Notes: generated by a model from the letters alone, not told the origin. 64,000 bases of DNA from a candidate division FCPU426 bacterium (GCA_963719085.1 CAVRAL010000005.1:64001-128000); one strand, 5' to 3'. Positions 36,440-46,895 are shown, counted from the stretch's first letter. Numbers and translations: made by a program.

Positions 36440-37498
36440 ATGAAAAAGTGGCTATTTCTACTCGCGGTTATCACTTCTATTCCAGCGGCTGTCCTCGCTT
36501 CGGACGCCGGTGATTATTACACCGCCGGATTGCATTACTACCAACAGGGCCAAAACGACCAGGCCATTCAATATTGCCAAAACGCTATTCAGGCCGATCC
36601 TAACTTTTGGCAGGCCTACCAAGTGCTCGGCTATTGTTATTACGCCGAGAAGAACAACGCCCAAGCCATTCTGGCCTTGGACAAAAGCCTCGAGATAAAT
36701 CCCAACAATCCCCAGTTACAGCAATTCGACAATCAACTTCATGCCGCTAATCCGGCCCCGGCCGCGGTCGCGCCCTCCGCCTCACCGCAAACCACCGCGT
36801 CTGATGCTCCGATGCCGCCCGCCTCCCTCAGCACGTCATCCTTTACCAACACGCCTTCCCGCAACCGCAATCTGCCGAAAGCCGGGAGCTTTAATCTCGA
36901 GGGAACCGTGGCCTATGTTTATCCCGGCTACCAGGATTTGACCGACTTTTATGGCAACGCTTATTTCACCGGCATCGAGGAAGCCGTTGAGTTGAACTTA
37001 GGCGGCGCCTACTCCCTCTCGCCCAACCTCCAGTTGGACGCGCTCTTTGAATTCGGCGGCAAAATCCCGGTCGACGTGGCGGATTATGGTACGGGAGACA
37101 ACGAGGAATGGGACGAGTACTATATCGGCGGAGCCGCGGGCCTCAATATTCTCCTACCCATTTCCGATGGCACGAATTTCGTCTTGCACGGCGAGGGCGG
37201 CTATTACGCCCTGGTCGGAAGCAGCATCACCTACAGTGGATTTGACGATGGCACCGTCAACTTAGACGGCTCGGGCCCAGGTTTCGCGGTCGCGGCGGGT
37301 TTGGAATTTTTAATGAACCGGCAAAAAAACTGGGCCATCGACATCGAGCTGGGTTACCGCTACTTGAAGTTTTCTCCAGTTACCGGAAACGGGGAGATTA
37401 ATGGAAATCCAGTTTCAGGCACCCTCACCAACGCCGACAACACCGACGCCTCGATCGATTTCTCGGGCCCCCGTTTGAGCGCGGGAGTCAGGCTCTAA
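36440..37498 (+). CDS. TPR + outer-membrane beta-barrel protein
   Basis: Signal peptide, TPR repeats, Pro/Ala linker, amphipathic strands ending ELGYRY...FSGPRLSAGVRL. Confidence 0.75.
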   Translation: MKKWLFLLAVITSIPAAVLASDAGDYYTAGLHYYQQGQNDQAIQYCQNAIQADPNFWQAYQVLGYCYYAEKNNAQAILALDKSLEINPNNPQLQQFDNQLHAANPAPAAVAPSASPQTTASDAPMPPASLSTSSFTNTPSRNRNLPKAGSFNLEGTVAYVYPGYQDLTDFYGNAYFTGIEEAVELNLGGAYSLSPNLQLDALFEFGGKIPVDVADYGTGDNEEWDEYYIGGAAGLNILLPISDGTNFVLHGEGGYYALVGSSITYSGFDDGTVNLDGSGPGFAVAAGLEFLMNRQKNWAIDIELGYRYLKFSPVTGNGEINGNPVSGTLTNADNTDASIDFSGPRLSAGVRL

Positions 37499-37537
37499 GT
37501 TCAGCGGCAAAGTTTCTTTTCGATCCATTCACATTCA

Positions 37538-37564
37538 AGGCGCGGCCCCAGCCGCGCCTTTTTT
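37538..37564 (+). terminator. Intrinsic terminator
   Basis: AGGCGCGGC-ccca-GCCGCGCCT followed by a T run. Confidence 0.8.
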
Positions 37565-37593
37565 ATTGGCCACGCTTTGAAAAAATCAGGAAG

Positions 37594-38466
37594 TTATGCT
37601 TCTTTCACGACCCGGGTGGAACAAATCCGGTTTTGCAGGGTGAAGAGCGATAAAAATTCCACCGCGCAGCGGGCCAGCGCCATTTCATAGGAAACCGCGG
37701 AACCGTCCTGATTCACCACCTTCAAATGAAAGGCCAATTTCCCCGCAGTAGCGCCATAGCGTCCGGTAAAAAAAACGCTGTAAAACAAGGTCAAGCCAAT
37801 GCCCCAAAGCAGATTCGGACCCAAGGGATCCAATAGGCCTCCTGTCCCCGTCGGTTTTCCTCCATTAAACAAGAGTCCGATGACCGGCACTTGGACCATC
37901 AGAAAAAAAAGAATCAGCAAGATCAAGTCCATCATTTTGGCCGCCGCCCTTGAACCCCAACCCGCTTTCGCCAGTCCCGAATCGGCCATAATTTCCTCGC
38001 GGAGCTTTTGAAAAAAAGCGGGCTTACAACCTTCGCAAACCCAAACCTCCTCGTAAGTAATCATCTCTTCTTCGGGAAAAATTTTTCCGCATTGGTCACA
38101 AGCGTGTCGAATAATCTCTTGTTCCACAACGGCCGGCGTCAAAGGTTTATCAGCGGGGCCGTCCAGAGCCTGGATTTTCGGGGGGGCGTTGTCCGGTTTT
38201 TCTTCTGGTTGGGATGCCGCCGCCTTCACTTTGGCCAGGGCCAGTTCCAAATCCGAGGTGTCAAAATTAATGGCTTTCCCCGGGGAAGCAGTCTCCACTT
38301 CGGTTATAAAGTCCGCGTCGACTTCCCCATAATCTTTCCAATCCCCCATCCCTTCCTTCCAAACGGAAGTTTGAGGGGTAATCTCGCCTTCCGCCACCAG
38401 GGCCTTGAATTTGGCCTCCGGTATCGGCCCCAGAGATTGACCGTCTTTTGAATAATAAAAGTCCAT
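37594..38466 (-). CDS. GYF_2 (DUF4339) + Zn-ribbon + RDD family membrane protein
   Basis: GP...VWKEGMGDW, CxxC...CxxC, AGWGSRAAA..D, GATAGK. Confidence 0.8.
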   Translation of the reverse strand: MDFYYSKDGQSLGPIPEAKFKALVAEGEITPQTSVWKEGMGDWKDYGEVDADFITEVETASPGKAINFDTSDLELALAKVKAAASQPEEKPDNAPPKIQALDGPADKPLTPAVVEQEIIRHACDQCGKIFPEEEMITYEEVWVCEGCKPAFFQKLREEIMADSGLAKAGWGSRAAAKMMDLILLILFFLMVQVPVIGLLFNGGKPTGTGGLLDPLGPNLLWGIGLTLFYSVFFTGRYGATAGKLAFHLKVVNQDGSAVSYEMALARCAVEFLSLFTLQNRICSTRVVKEA

Positions 38467-38632
38467 GCCGAAACCTTTTCGCCCAAAATGGAGTCAAAAC
38501 GATAGGTATTATATCAACTTGATCTTCGGGACTCCCGAAATTCATCGCCTGCGGGATTTTTTGATACGCCGGTCTTTTGTTTTTAAAATGAAATGCCTTA
38601 TTCTTTAATAAGCCTTTATCCGGAAGGAACCT

Positions 38633-39580
38633 ATGAAAACCCAAGCCATCGCTTCAGGCCTATTGGCAGCGGCTTTTATGCTGATCATCGCCGGCTGTAC
38701 TACCAACGACAGCCCCACCGTCACCGGCGGGCTTAACATCAGCGGCTCCAACCCTCCGGGCGGCCCCCTGACCCTCAGCGCCTTCGCCACCATTGGCAGC
38801 ACCGCCACCTTCCAGGATCCGGACGGCATTCAATATACCAACGGCAATTTATGGATAGCCGATGGAGTCAAGAACAACCTTCAAGAATGGACCACCAGCG
38901 GCGCCGGCCCCGTCACCACCCTGTCCAGTTACGCCGCGGGCGTGTCCACCTTTTTCTCCCCGGAAGAGGTCAGCCGTGATCCCGCCAGCGGAAACATTTA
39001 TCTGGCGGACCCCGGCAACAGCCAAATCGAGGTTTTTAATTCCACCGGGGGGTATCTCGCCTCGCTTTCCAGCGGATTGTCGGGCGCCCTGCCCACGGGG
39101 GTCGCCGTCAATTCGGCGGGCACCACGGTTTATGTGGCCGGAAATTTCTCCGATACGGTTTACGTCTACTCCATTTCCGCGGGCCCTTCCTTTTTACCTG
39201 TGACAACCTTCGGTGCCAGCGGAACCACGGGAACCACCTTGAGTAATCCCCAAAATATCCATTTGGACTCCAGCGGAAATGTCTGGGTCGCGGATTTGGG
39301 CAATCAGCGCCTGGCCGAGTTTAGCGCCGCCGGAACCTTTACAAAATCCATCACCGGTACCAGCGGATTCTCGCCCGCGGATTTCGCTTTCGACTCGAGC
39401 GGCAATCTTTACGCCACCGACACCAACACCAGCACGATTATTGAGTTTAATAAAGCGGGCACACAGATCAGCCAGGCGGGCGCCGGAATCCTGAGTAATC
39501 CCCAAGCGATTACAGGCGACGGGAGCGGGACCTTTTACGTGGCCGACACCAATAACAGCCGGATCATCGCGTTTCATTAA
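38633..39580 (+). CDS. NHL-repeat lipoprotein
   Basis: IAGC lipobox; repeated P..I..D..G.IY.AD..N.RI units. Confidence 0.85.
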   Translation: MKTQAIASGLLAAAFMLIIAGCTTNDSPTVTGGLNISGSNPPGGPLTLSAFATIGSTATFQDPDGIQYTNGNLWIADGVKNNLQEWTTSGAGPVTTLSSYAAGVSTFFSPEEVSRDPASGNIYLADPGNSQIEVFNSTGGYLASLSSGLSGALPTGVAVNSAGTTVYVAGNFSDTVYVYSISAGPSFLPVTTFGASGTTGTTLSNPQNIHLDSSGNVWVADLGNQRLAEFSAAGTFTKSITGTSGFSPADFAFDSSGNLYATDTNTSTIIEFNKAGTQISQAGAGILSNPQAITGDGSGTFYVADTNNSRIIAFH

Positions 39581-39590
39581 GCCGGCCGCG

Positions 39591-39626
39591 AAAAAGCCCC
39601 GCCTTTCCCAAGGCCGGGGGCTTTTT
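39591..39626. terminator. Bidirectional terminator
   Basis: AAAAAGCCCC...GGGGCTTTTT between convergent genes. Confidence 0.75.
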
Positions 39627-39630
39627 GATT

Positions 39631-40971
39631 TCAGACGATGACTTGAGAGCTTTTCGCGGCCTCGGCGTAGAAAAAACCTGAATCCTTCACCGTCCGCTTT
39701 TGTGTCTTGAAATCAACATGCGTGATCCCGAATTGCGGTCCGTAGCCGTAAGCCCACTCAAAATTGTCCATGAAAGTCCAAACGAAATAACCCCGAAGAT
39801 CCACTCCCTTTTCCAGCGCTTCCCCCGCCGCCGCCAAGTAACGTTTTAAATAATCAACCCGGGCCCCGTCATGGAGCTTTCCGTCGTCCCCCGGTTTTTC
39901 ATTGAAGTAAGCCGCGCCGTTTTCCGAAATATAATAGGGCCTTTTCCCATAGCGCTTATCCAGCTCCAAAAGAACATCCCGAAGTCCCTCGGGATGGACC
40001 GGCCAGTCGAGCCCCGTTTTTTCCCGGAGATTCCGGTTTTTGGTCTCATTCCCATTCCCGTCATGGCCCCAAACCGTTGAAAAATAGTGGTTTACCGCCA
40101 GAAAATCGACAGGCTGCCGGATCAATTGAAAGTCTTCCGGAGAAACCCGCGGCGTGATTTTCTTTTGTTCCCAATCCGCCCAAAGCGAGGCCGGATACCG
40201 CCCCCAAAAGCAAGGCTCCAAATGCCAACCATTGGATTCCGTCCAGGCCCACTCGGCCCGCGCCTCATCCTTGGGTGTTTTAGTTTCGGCGTATTCCATG
40301 GAGACACTGGGCGCCAAGCCCAATTTGATTTTGGGATTCACGGCCCGTAAGGCTTGGACGGCCTTTCCATGGGCGGTTAAAAGATTATGTAAAACTTGAA
40401 GCGAGGTGGCTTTGTCCTTCACCCCCGGCGCGTGGACGCCGGATTCAAAACCGCAAATGGCCACGATATTCGGCTCGTTCAAAGTCATGAGGGCCGGCAC
40501 CCGGTCGCCCAAGGTCTTGGCCACGAGGGCCGCGTACTCCGCGAACCAGTCGCCGGTACGGCGGTTCAACCAACCGCCCGCGTCCTGAAGCGCCTGGGGC
40601 AGGTCCCAATGGTAAAGCGTGGCCGCCGGACTGATGCCCCGCGCTAAAAGCCCATCCACCAACCGGGAATAAAAATCCAAACCCTTTTGATTGATCGATC
40701 CCCGCCCTTGAGGGTAAATCCGGGGCCAGGCGATGGAAAAACGATAGGCGTTCAAATTCAACGACTTCATTAAATCCAGGTCCGATTCCCACCGGTGATA
40801 ATGATCGCAGGCCACGTCACCCGTGTGGCCGTCGCGCACCCGGCCTGGCGTGTGGGCGAAACGGTCCCAGATGGACTCGCCCCGGCCGTCCTCGTTCCAG
40901 GCTCCCTCAATTTGATAGGAAGCGGTGGCGGTTCCCCAAAGAAATCCCTTTGGAAATTTTCGTGTGGTCAT
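39631..40971 (-). CDS. GH1 beta-glucosidase
   Basis: FLWGTATASYQIEG, TLNEP, ISENG, WTFMDNFEW. Confidence 0.96.
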   Translation of the reverse strand: MTTRKFPKGFLWGTATASYQIEGAWNEDGRGESIWDRFAHTPGRVRDGHTGDVACDHYHRWESDLDLMKSLNLNAYRFSIAWPRIYPQGRGSINQKGLDFYSRLVDGLLARGISPAATLYHWDLPQALQDAGGWLNRRTGDWFAEYAALVAKTLGDRVPALMTLNEPNIVAICGFESGVHAPGVKDKATSLQVLHNLLTAHGKAVQALRAVNPKIKLGLAPSVSMEYAETKTPKDEARAEWAWTESNGWHLEPCFWGRYPASLWADWEQKKITPRVSPEDFQLIRQPVDFLAVNHYFSTVWGHDGNGNETKNRNLREKTGLDWPVHPEGLRDVLLELDKRYGKRPYYISENGAAYFNEKPGDDGKLHDGARVDYLKRYLAAAGEALEKGVDLRGYFVWTFMDNFEWAYGYGPQFGITHVDFKTQKRTVKDSGFFYAEAAKSSQVIV

Positions 40972-41007
40972 GGATTTTTCCTGAATCGGTTAAATGAGCG
41001 GATACAG

Positions 41008-41034
41008 AAAAGCCCTTCTCGAAGAAGGGCTTTT
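41008..41034. terminator. Terminator-like hairpin between the SDR and GH1 genes
   Basis: AAAAGCCCTTCT-cga-AGAAGGGCTTTT. Confidence 0.7.
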
Positions 41035-41094
41035 GGAAAGACAGCCTACGATAGTAGAGGAATTTAAACCCGTCAAGGTCGGCGCGTTGAGCGC

Positions 41095-41850
41095 CTAACC
41101 CTTTGAAGGATTCAAGATTCCAAAGGCGAAACTGGGTGATAGGCGGCTCATCAGCTTGAGCATTTTGGATTGGCCGATCGGCAGCTCGGTTTTCCCCGAT
41201 TCCAACGCCTTTAAGGTTTGGTCGATAAAAACATCCAATTTCATCTTGGGATATTCAAAGGACGAGGGCCCTTCGGCCTTACCCAGGTCGGATTCCACGG
41301 CCGGGGGGGCCAGCTCAATCACCCGGACCGAACTATGGCGCAATTGGTGCCGCAGGCTCATCGTAAAGGAATGCACGGCGGCTTTAGTGGCGCAATAGAT
41401 TGGGCTCATGGAAAGCGGCATGTAGGCAAGACCCGAGCTCACATTGATCAAAGTCGCCTCCGGCTGGCTGGATAATAAGGGCAAAAAAGCCGCCGTCATC
41501 CGGATCAGGCCCTTCACGTTGATTTCAATCTCATCAAAAAGACGCCCATCCAGGGTTTCGGGTTTGGTGAAGTCGGGCCATTGCATGATGCCGGCGTTGT
41601 TCACCAATAGATCCAGCTGGGGGTGATTTTGGGAAATCCATCCGGCCAGTTGTTGAACATCCGCCTCTTTGGCCACATCCATCGTGTAGGTCAGCATTCC
41701 GGGGTATTTTGCCGCGAAACTTTTAAGCACCTCTTCCCGCCGTCCCGTAATGATAACCTGGTTGCCTTTGGCGTGCAGCGCCGCCGCCAAACCGCTTCCC
41801 AAGCCCGTACCTGCGCCCGTGATTAAAGCCGTGTGTCCCGTGAGTTTCAT
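41095..41850 (-). CDS. Short-chain dehydrogenase (DltE-like)
   Basis: TGAGTGLG, NNAG, YCATK; GGAGG RBS before ATG 41850. Confidence 0.92.
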   Translation of the reverse strand: MKLTGHTALITGAGTGLGSGLAAALHAKGNQVIITGRREEVLKSFAAKYPGMLTYTMDVAKEADVQQLAGWISQNHPQLDLLVNNAGIMQWPDFTKPETLDGRLFDEIEINVKGLIRMTAAFLPLLSSQPEATLINVSSGLAYMPLSMSPIYCATKAAVHSFTMSLRHQLRHSSVRVIELAPPAVESDLGKAEGPSSFEYPKMKLDVFIDQTLKALESGKTELPIGQSKMLKLMSRLSPSFAFGILNPSKG

Positions 41851-42211
41851 GTAGCCTCCTGGATGAACCGAATGCCTGATTATCAAAAGCCCTCCCGATC
41901 GAAAGCAAGGCCCGGGCGGGCTTTATTAAAGGAAAGCGGTCCGCGCCGACCCGTTAAAGCTTTAACAGTCCCCCGTCTTACCGGGACATCTTCAAAAACG
42001 GCTCGTTTTTTAAACGAATTAATTTTTCAAAAAATAAACACCAAAGAAACACTCCGGCGTCTAAAAGAAGTGGGATAATTGATAGGAAGTTGTTTCTCTT
42101 TTTTAAAAGAACCAGCCCGCCCCCCTGCCCCTCAAGCCGGACGGACCTTTTCACCTTTTCCGTTCCAAGCCCCTCTCGGACTTCTGGAACCTCTTTTTTC
42201 GGAGGTGACTC

Positions 42212-42400
42212 ATGGACGACAAAAAAAACCTAATTGACGCTTATTTCACCCGCCATAAAAACCAGTGGAAGACCAAGATCCATCAAGAACTAAAAGCGGT
42301 GGTTTCCATCCATAAGTTTTTTAAGCCTTCCGCGGTCTATAAGCTGGATCGGCTGGATGACACGCCCACCGACGAAAAAAGACCTCGGAAACCTTCTTAA
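42212..42400 (+). CDS. Small hypothetical protein
   Basis: 62 aa with a strong GGAGGTG RBS. Confidence 0.6.
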   Translation: MDDKKNLIDAYFTRHKNQWKTKIHQELKAVVSIHKFFKPSAVYKLDRLDDTPTDEKRPRKPS

Positions 42401-42548
42401 ACCCAATCCGCTAAAAGCCGTTTAAACAGCCGGGGAATTGATTTTTCATTAAAACAAAAGTTGTCTTTTTAAAGGCTTCCGCCTTGAGTCCCCTGGGCCC
42501 CTCCACTATGATCGTCCCAAGTTTCGAGCCTAATTCCCGGGAGACACC

Positions 42549-43271
42549 ATGCCCCCCCATCACGCGCACCCCCATCATCACACCCATCACCACGAAAAGC
42601 ATAGCGGCAACACCATCGCCTTGCGGGACATTGTGGTCGGCTTTTCCGACGGCCTCACGGTCCCCTTCGCCTTGGCCGCGGGCCTCAGCGGCGCGGTTCA
42701 CAGCAACGCCATCATCATCACCGCCGGCATGGCGGAAATCGTGGCCGGCACCATTTCCATGGGGCTGGGCGGTTTTTTGGCCGGACAAACCGAGGTGGAA
42801 TATTACGCCGGCGAAAAGAAACGGGAAGAAAAAGAAGTAAAGGAAATACCCCAGGAAGAAGAAAAGGAAGTGAAGGAAATCCTCTCGGCTTACGGCATCT
42901 CGCCCAAGCTTCAAGACGAGGTGGCCTCCGAGCTCTCCAAAGACCATTCCAAATGGGTGGACTTCATGATGCGCTTTGAGCTGGGATTGGAAAAACCCGA
43001 TCCCCGTCAGGGTTTTTTCAGCGCCCTTCGGATCGGATTTTCCTATATGGCGGGGGGGTTGGTCCCCCTGTCGGCTTATTTTTTTTCCGCCGATCCCCTC
43101 CAGGGCCTCAAGGTTTCCGCCGCCATGACCATCGCGTCGCTGCTTTTATTCGGTTACTGGAAGGCCCAATTGAGCGGCCAGGATCGTCTAAAAAGCACCT
43201 TCACCGTGGCCTTCACGGGAATCGCCGCCGCGGGCGCGGCCTATTGGATCGCCCGCCTGATCAATCGTTGA
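42549..43271 (+). CDS. VIT1/CCC1 family Fe/Mn transporter with His-rich N-terminus
   Basis: RDIVVGFSDGLTVPFALAAG, SMGLGG, FMMRFELGL. Confidence 0.93.
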   Translation: MPPHHAHPHHHTHHHEKHSGNTIALRDIVVGFSDGLTVPFALAAGLSGAVHSNAIIITAGMAEIVAGTISMGLGGFLAGQTEVEYYAGEKKREEKEVKEIPQEEEKEVKEILSAYGISPKLQDEVASELSKDHSKWVDFMMRFELGLEKPDPRQGFFSALRIGFSYMAGGLVPLSAYFFSADPLQGLKVSAAMTIASLLLFGYWKAQLSGQDRLKSTFTVAFTGIAAAGAAYWIARLINR

Positions 43272-43310
43272 TCCGCGATTTTCCCATCCTCGTTCATAAA
43301 GGACAAATTC

Positions 43311-43883
43311 ATGCCGACAAAATCAAATTTCTCCAGCGATCGGCCGACCCGTATTTTTCAAGTTCTTCAGTTGACCGCCAATATTTTCACCGTGGTCGGG
43401 GTCTTTATCGCGATTTCCCAAACCAGCGGGACCAATAACATCGTCAACGCCATTTACCAATCCCAGGAAAAGATCGCCTCCTACCGGCTGCTGGCGGTCA
43501 AAACCGAGATCGAGTCGAATTTAAAGATCATCGATCTCGGGCTCCAAGGAAAAAATCAGTACGAGTCCGGTTATAAAATCCCCGAATTACCGCTCTCCAC
43601 CACCGCTTATTTCGCCAGCCCCACGATTTTCAAACTGGACCATCTCAATGAGGCCGAAAACCAAAAAATAAACCTTGAGATCGCCCAAATTTACCCGCTT
43701 TGGCAAATGGCGAACTCCTTGATTCAAACCAATATGCAAATTTTATTATCGAGCAACAATCTGGATCCCGGCTTGAAACAGCGTTATCTAGTCGCGAACA
43801 ATGACAACATCCTCAAAATTTTCGAGAAGACCCGGGACATGGCCGCCGATATTGATCAAAAGATCGGCGGCGAAGCGATTTGA
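43311..43883 (+). CDS. Hypothetical membrane-anchored protein
   Basis: 190 aa, one N-terminal TM; stop overlaps the ABC ATPase start. Confidence 0.6.
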   Translation: MPTKSNFSSDRPTRIFQVLQLTANIFTVVGVFIAISQTSGTNNIVNAIYQSQEKIASYRLLAVKTEIESNLKIIDLGLQGKNQYESGYKIPELPLSTTAYFASPTIFKLDHLNEAENQKINLEIAQIYPLWQMANSLIQTNMQILLSSNNLDPGLKQRYLVANNDNILKIFEKTRDMAADIDQKIGGEAI

Positions 43884-44704
43884 GCTCCATCCCCGGCCGG
43901 CCGGCCAGCCCTTTCGCCATTCAAACCCGGGATTTGACCCGGGCCTTCGGCGCCATGACCGCCTTGGACCACCTCAACTTAACCGTCGACCAGGGAAAAA
44001 TTTTCGGGCTGCTCGGTCCCAACGGCGCCGGCAAGAGCACCACCATCAAGATGCTCACCACGCTCCTGGAACCCACCTCCGGAACCGCGACGGTCGCCGG
44101 TTTTGACATTGTGGGTGATCCCGCGCGGGTGCGCCGAAGCATCGGCTATGTCCCCCAAGCGCTGTCCGCCGATGGAGCCTTGACGGGTTTTGAGAATCTG
44201 CGGCTTTCCGCCAGGCTTTACGGGATTCCGGGTCCTGAACGGCTGTCACGGATCGAGGAATCCCTCGCCTTCATGAGCTTGGAGGATTCCCGAAACAAAC
44301 TCGTCAAACAATACTCCGGCGGCATGATCCGGCGCCTGGAACTGGCGCAGGCCATGCTCCATCGCCCTTCGATTCTTTTTTTGGATGAGCCCACCATCGG
44401 ACTGGATCCGGTGGCCCGCCAGAGCGTCTGGGACAGGCTCCATGACCTGAATCAAACCTACCGGATGACCATCCTCATTACCACCCATGACATGGTTGAG
44501 GCCGATAACTTGTGCGATGAATTGGCCCTGCTCCACCAGGGAACGGTGGCGGTGACGGGGAAACCCGCCGAGCTTAAAAAAAACCTGGGCCCGGACGCCG
44601 ATCTTAACGATGTTTTCGCCCATTACGCCGGCAGCACCATTCAGGAAGGAGGCAATTACCGTGACGCCCAACAATCCCGCCGCGCCGCCAGCCGGCATAG
44701 CTGA
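43880..44704 (+). CDS. ABC exporter ATPase (DrrA-like)
   Basis: GPNGAGKST, YSGGMIRRLE, LDEPTIGLDP. Confidence 0.93.
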   Translation: MSSIPGRPASPFAIQTRDLTRAFGAMTALDHLNLTVDQGKIFGLLGPNGAGKSTTIKMLTTLLEPTSGTATVAGFDIVGDPARVRRSIGYVPQALSADGALTGFENLRLSARLYGIPGPERLSRIEESLAFMSLEDSRNKLVKQYSGGMIRRLELAQAMLHRPSILFLDEPTIGLDPVARQSVWDRLHDLNQTYRMTILITTHDMVEADNLCDELALLHQGTVAVTGKPAELKKNLGPDADLNDVFAHYAGSTIQEGGNYRDAQQSRRAASRHS

Positions 44705-45491
44705 ACCGGGTTCGGATCTTAAGCCCCGCTACCTGGACCAGGTCTTGGCCATCGCGGATACCGAAATCCTTAAAATCCGCCGGGACCCGGTTGAGCTTCT
44801 TACCCGGGCCGCCCAACCCATCCTCTGGCTTCTGGTCTTCGGCCAGGTCCTGGGCCGGGTGAAAGGAATCTCAACCGGCACCGAAAACTACCTGGCCTTT
44901 TTCGCCCCCGGCGTCCTGGCCCAAAGCGTTCTTTTCAGCGCCATCTTTTACGGCATCGCCGTCATTTGGGAAAGGGATTTGGGGATCATCCACAAATTAT
45001 TGGTCAGCCCCGCGCCCCGCAGTACCTTGGTTTTGGGCAAAGCCATCGCCTCCGGCCTCCGGGGTTTGGTCCAAGCCGTGATTATTTATCTCGTGGTATT
45101 GCTGGCCGGGATTCCGGTCAGTTTGAATCCCCTGGATGTGGCGGGCGTATTCGCGGCGGTCCTATTGGGATCGGCGATTTTCTCGACTTTTTCCCTGATC
45201 GTCGCCTGCTGGGTCAAGACCCGTGAAAAGTTCATGGGCATCGGCCAGCTTTTGACCATGCCGCTTTTTTTCGCCAGCAACGCCATTTACCCCCTCACGC
45301 TCATGCCGGGTTGGCTGCAAACCATCGCCCGTTTGAATCCCCTGACCTACCTGGTGGACGCCTGCCGGAGTTTGATGATCCCCGGAACGATCGGCATGAC
45401 AAGCCTGCCGGTGGATTTTGCCGTGATGGCGCTCGTATTGGCCGTCATGGTGGTCATCGCCACTAAAATCTATCCCAACCTGATCCGGTAA
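44661..45491 (+). CDS. ABC-2 type permease (DrrB-like)
   Basis: Six TM segments, WERDLG, NPLTY; GTG start after AGGAGG. Confidence 0.9.
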   Translation: MTPNNPAAPPAGIAEPGSDLKPRYLDQVLAIADTEILKIRRDPVELLTRAAQPILWLLVFGQVLGRVKGISTGTENYLAFFAPGVLAQSVLFSAIFYGIAVIWERDLGIIHKLLVSPAPRSTLVLGKAIASGLRGLVQAVIIYLVVLLAGIPVSLNPLDVAGVFAAVLLGSAIFSTFSLIVACWVKTREKFMGIGQLLTMPLFFASNAIYPLTLMPGWLQTIARLNPLTYLVDACRSLMIPGTIGMTSLPVDFAVMALVLAVMVVIATKIYPNLIR

Positions 45492-45496
45492 TAAAA

Positions 45497-45536
45497 AAAG
45501 CCCCGTCATTTGGTTCATCCCAAATGACGGGGCTTT
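45497..45536. terminator. Bidirectional terminator
   Basis: AAAGCCCCGTCATTTGG...CCAAATGACGGGGCTTT. Confidence 0.8.
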
Positions 45537-45587
45537 AATCACGCTTTTAAAATTCAAGCCTTTCTCGGCCCAAACGGATTTTACTGA

Positions 45588-46895
45588 TTATTGGCTTTGA
45601 GTAGACCCATCCGGCGGAGCCGGAGGCGCGGCCACCCCATTGTCCTGCGCGTCTTGGTCGGCGTCATAACTACCGGGATTGTAGGTGTTGCCTTCCGCGT
45701 CAAACATGTCGAAAGTGCCGTCCCCCAAGGACAGGACGATTTCCAAAGGCCTTCCCGGGTTGCTGGAAAACTGCACATTGGAAACTTTCGAGGCCAGGTA
45801 GATCGGCGCGAAGGAGGGCGTCGCGGCCGTGTCGTACAGGAAGGCGTCCTGCGAATCACCCATCACCTTGACCTGCCGGGTTCCGTCCGGGCTGGTGTAA
45901 ACCACCCCGTTGCCGGATGGATTATTGACGGTTACGACAATCTGGTCCTCCGCCGAGTTGCAAGGAACATAGGCGTCGTCGTTATAACAGTAGAGATCGC
46001 CGACATGGGCCGGATCCTGCCACCACCAGAAGCCCGCGTTCCAGAAGCACCAACGGTTGTAATCCGTGTCATACCACCACCAGCGGTTCGCGTAATTGCG
46101 GGTCCAGAAACATTGGGATCCCACGTACCAGCCATACCAGTGGTAGCCCCAATCATCCACATAGTGGCAGTAATTAAACCCATTGTCCGTATGCCAATAG
46201 TAATGATCGCGTTGAATTTCAATCTGGTTGTATTGGATCACCCTTTGGCGCATGGAACTCTGGAAGACAATCTTCATCTGGTTACGAACCACCGGGTCAT
46301 TGTAATGCCGGGACGAAATGGCGACCGCGCTCAGGCGTCCGCCTTGGGGACCGGTTTGGGGAAAACGAATCGTGGAATGAGCCCGGTCCGTATCGATAAT
46401 CTCCTGCCGGTCGGTGATGTAGCCGGGCTCTTTCGTCACGCCGATCTTTTGAAGCCTCTGGCGCACATAGCCGGCCGTATAGGGATGATGATGGACCGCC
46501 GCCGCGGCCTGGGTGCCCGCCGGCGCGTAAGAACGGATGTTTTGCTGCTGCTGCTGGTAATTATGGGTTTGGACGCCATAGGTACCGTTGGACGACGGGG
46601 CCTTCGAGCCATTCCAATGGACTTGGCCGTAGGTCGGCGCCTGGTTGGCCGCCGGTTTGGGAGCCTGATTGAAATTACGGTTATTCGTCCCGCTGCCCGA
46701 ATGGGAGAGGTCGATATGGACCGGGTGAAAGTTTTTCGCGGGGGCCGAATGAGCCGGGCGGACCGCCGGCGCGGAATGATTGCCCCCACCCCTAGAAACG
46801 GGGTTCGAATGGTTGCCGCCTCCCGCGCGATTATCAGCCCAGGCGGGGAAACTGACCGCCAAAAGCGCCAGTAAAAAAGCCAAATTTCGTTTCAT
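45588..46895 (-). CDS. Hypothetical secreted protein with Trp/Tyr/Cys-rich central region
   Basis: Signal peptide, low-complexity N-terminus, YYWH..YCHY..WGYHWYGWY..WWWY..WCFW..WWW. Confidence 0.75.
   Translation of the reverse strand: MKRNLAFLLALLAVSFPAWADNRAGGGNHSNPVSRGGGNHSAPAVRPAHSAPAKNFHPVHIDLSHSGSGTNNRNFNQAPKPAANQAPTYGQVHWNGSKAPSSNGTYGVQTHNYQQQQQNIRSYAPAGTQAAAAVHHHPYTAGYVRQRLQKIGVTKEPGYITDRQEIIDTDRAHSTIRFPQTGPQGGRLSAVAISSRHYNDPVVRNQMKIVFQSSMRQRVIQYNQIEIQRDHYYWHTDNGFNYCHYVDDWGYHWYGWYVGSQCFWTRNYANRWWWYDTDYNRWCFWNAGFWWWQDPAHVGDLYCYNDDAYVPCNSAEDQIVVTVNNPSGNGVVYTSPDGTRQVKVMGDSQDAFLYDTAATPSFAPIYLASKVSNVQFSSNPGRPLEIVLSLGDGTFDMFDAEGNTYNPGSYDADQDAQDNGVAAPPAPPDGSTQSQ

Noticed and set aside
41940..41990. 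TCCGCG...GTTA...GTCCC...GGGACATC resembling the ends of the 79-nt module
   Set aside because: Much shorter, first hairpin differs, and matches this short can arise by chance; retest with a covariance model
45591..46874. 427-aa plus-strand ORF
   Set aside because: Antisense shadow of the secreted protein, which has a signal peptide and RBS
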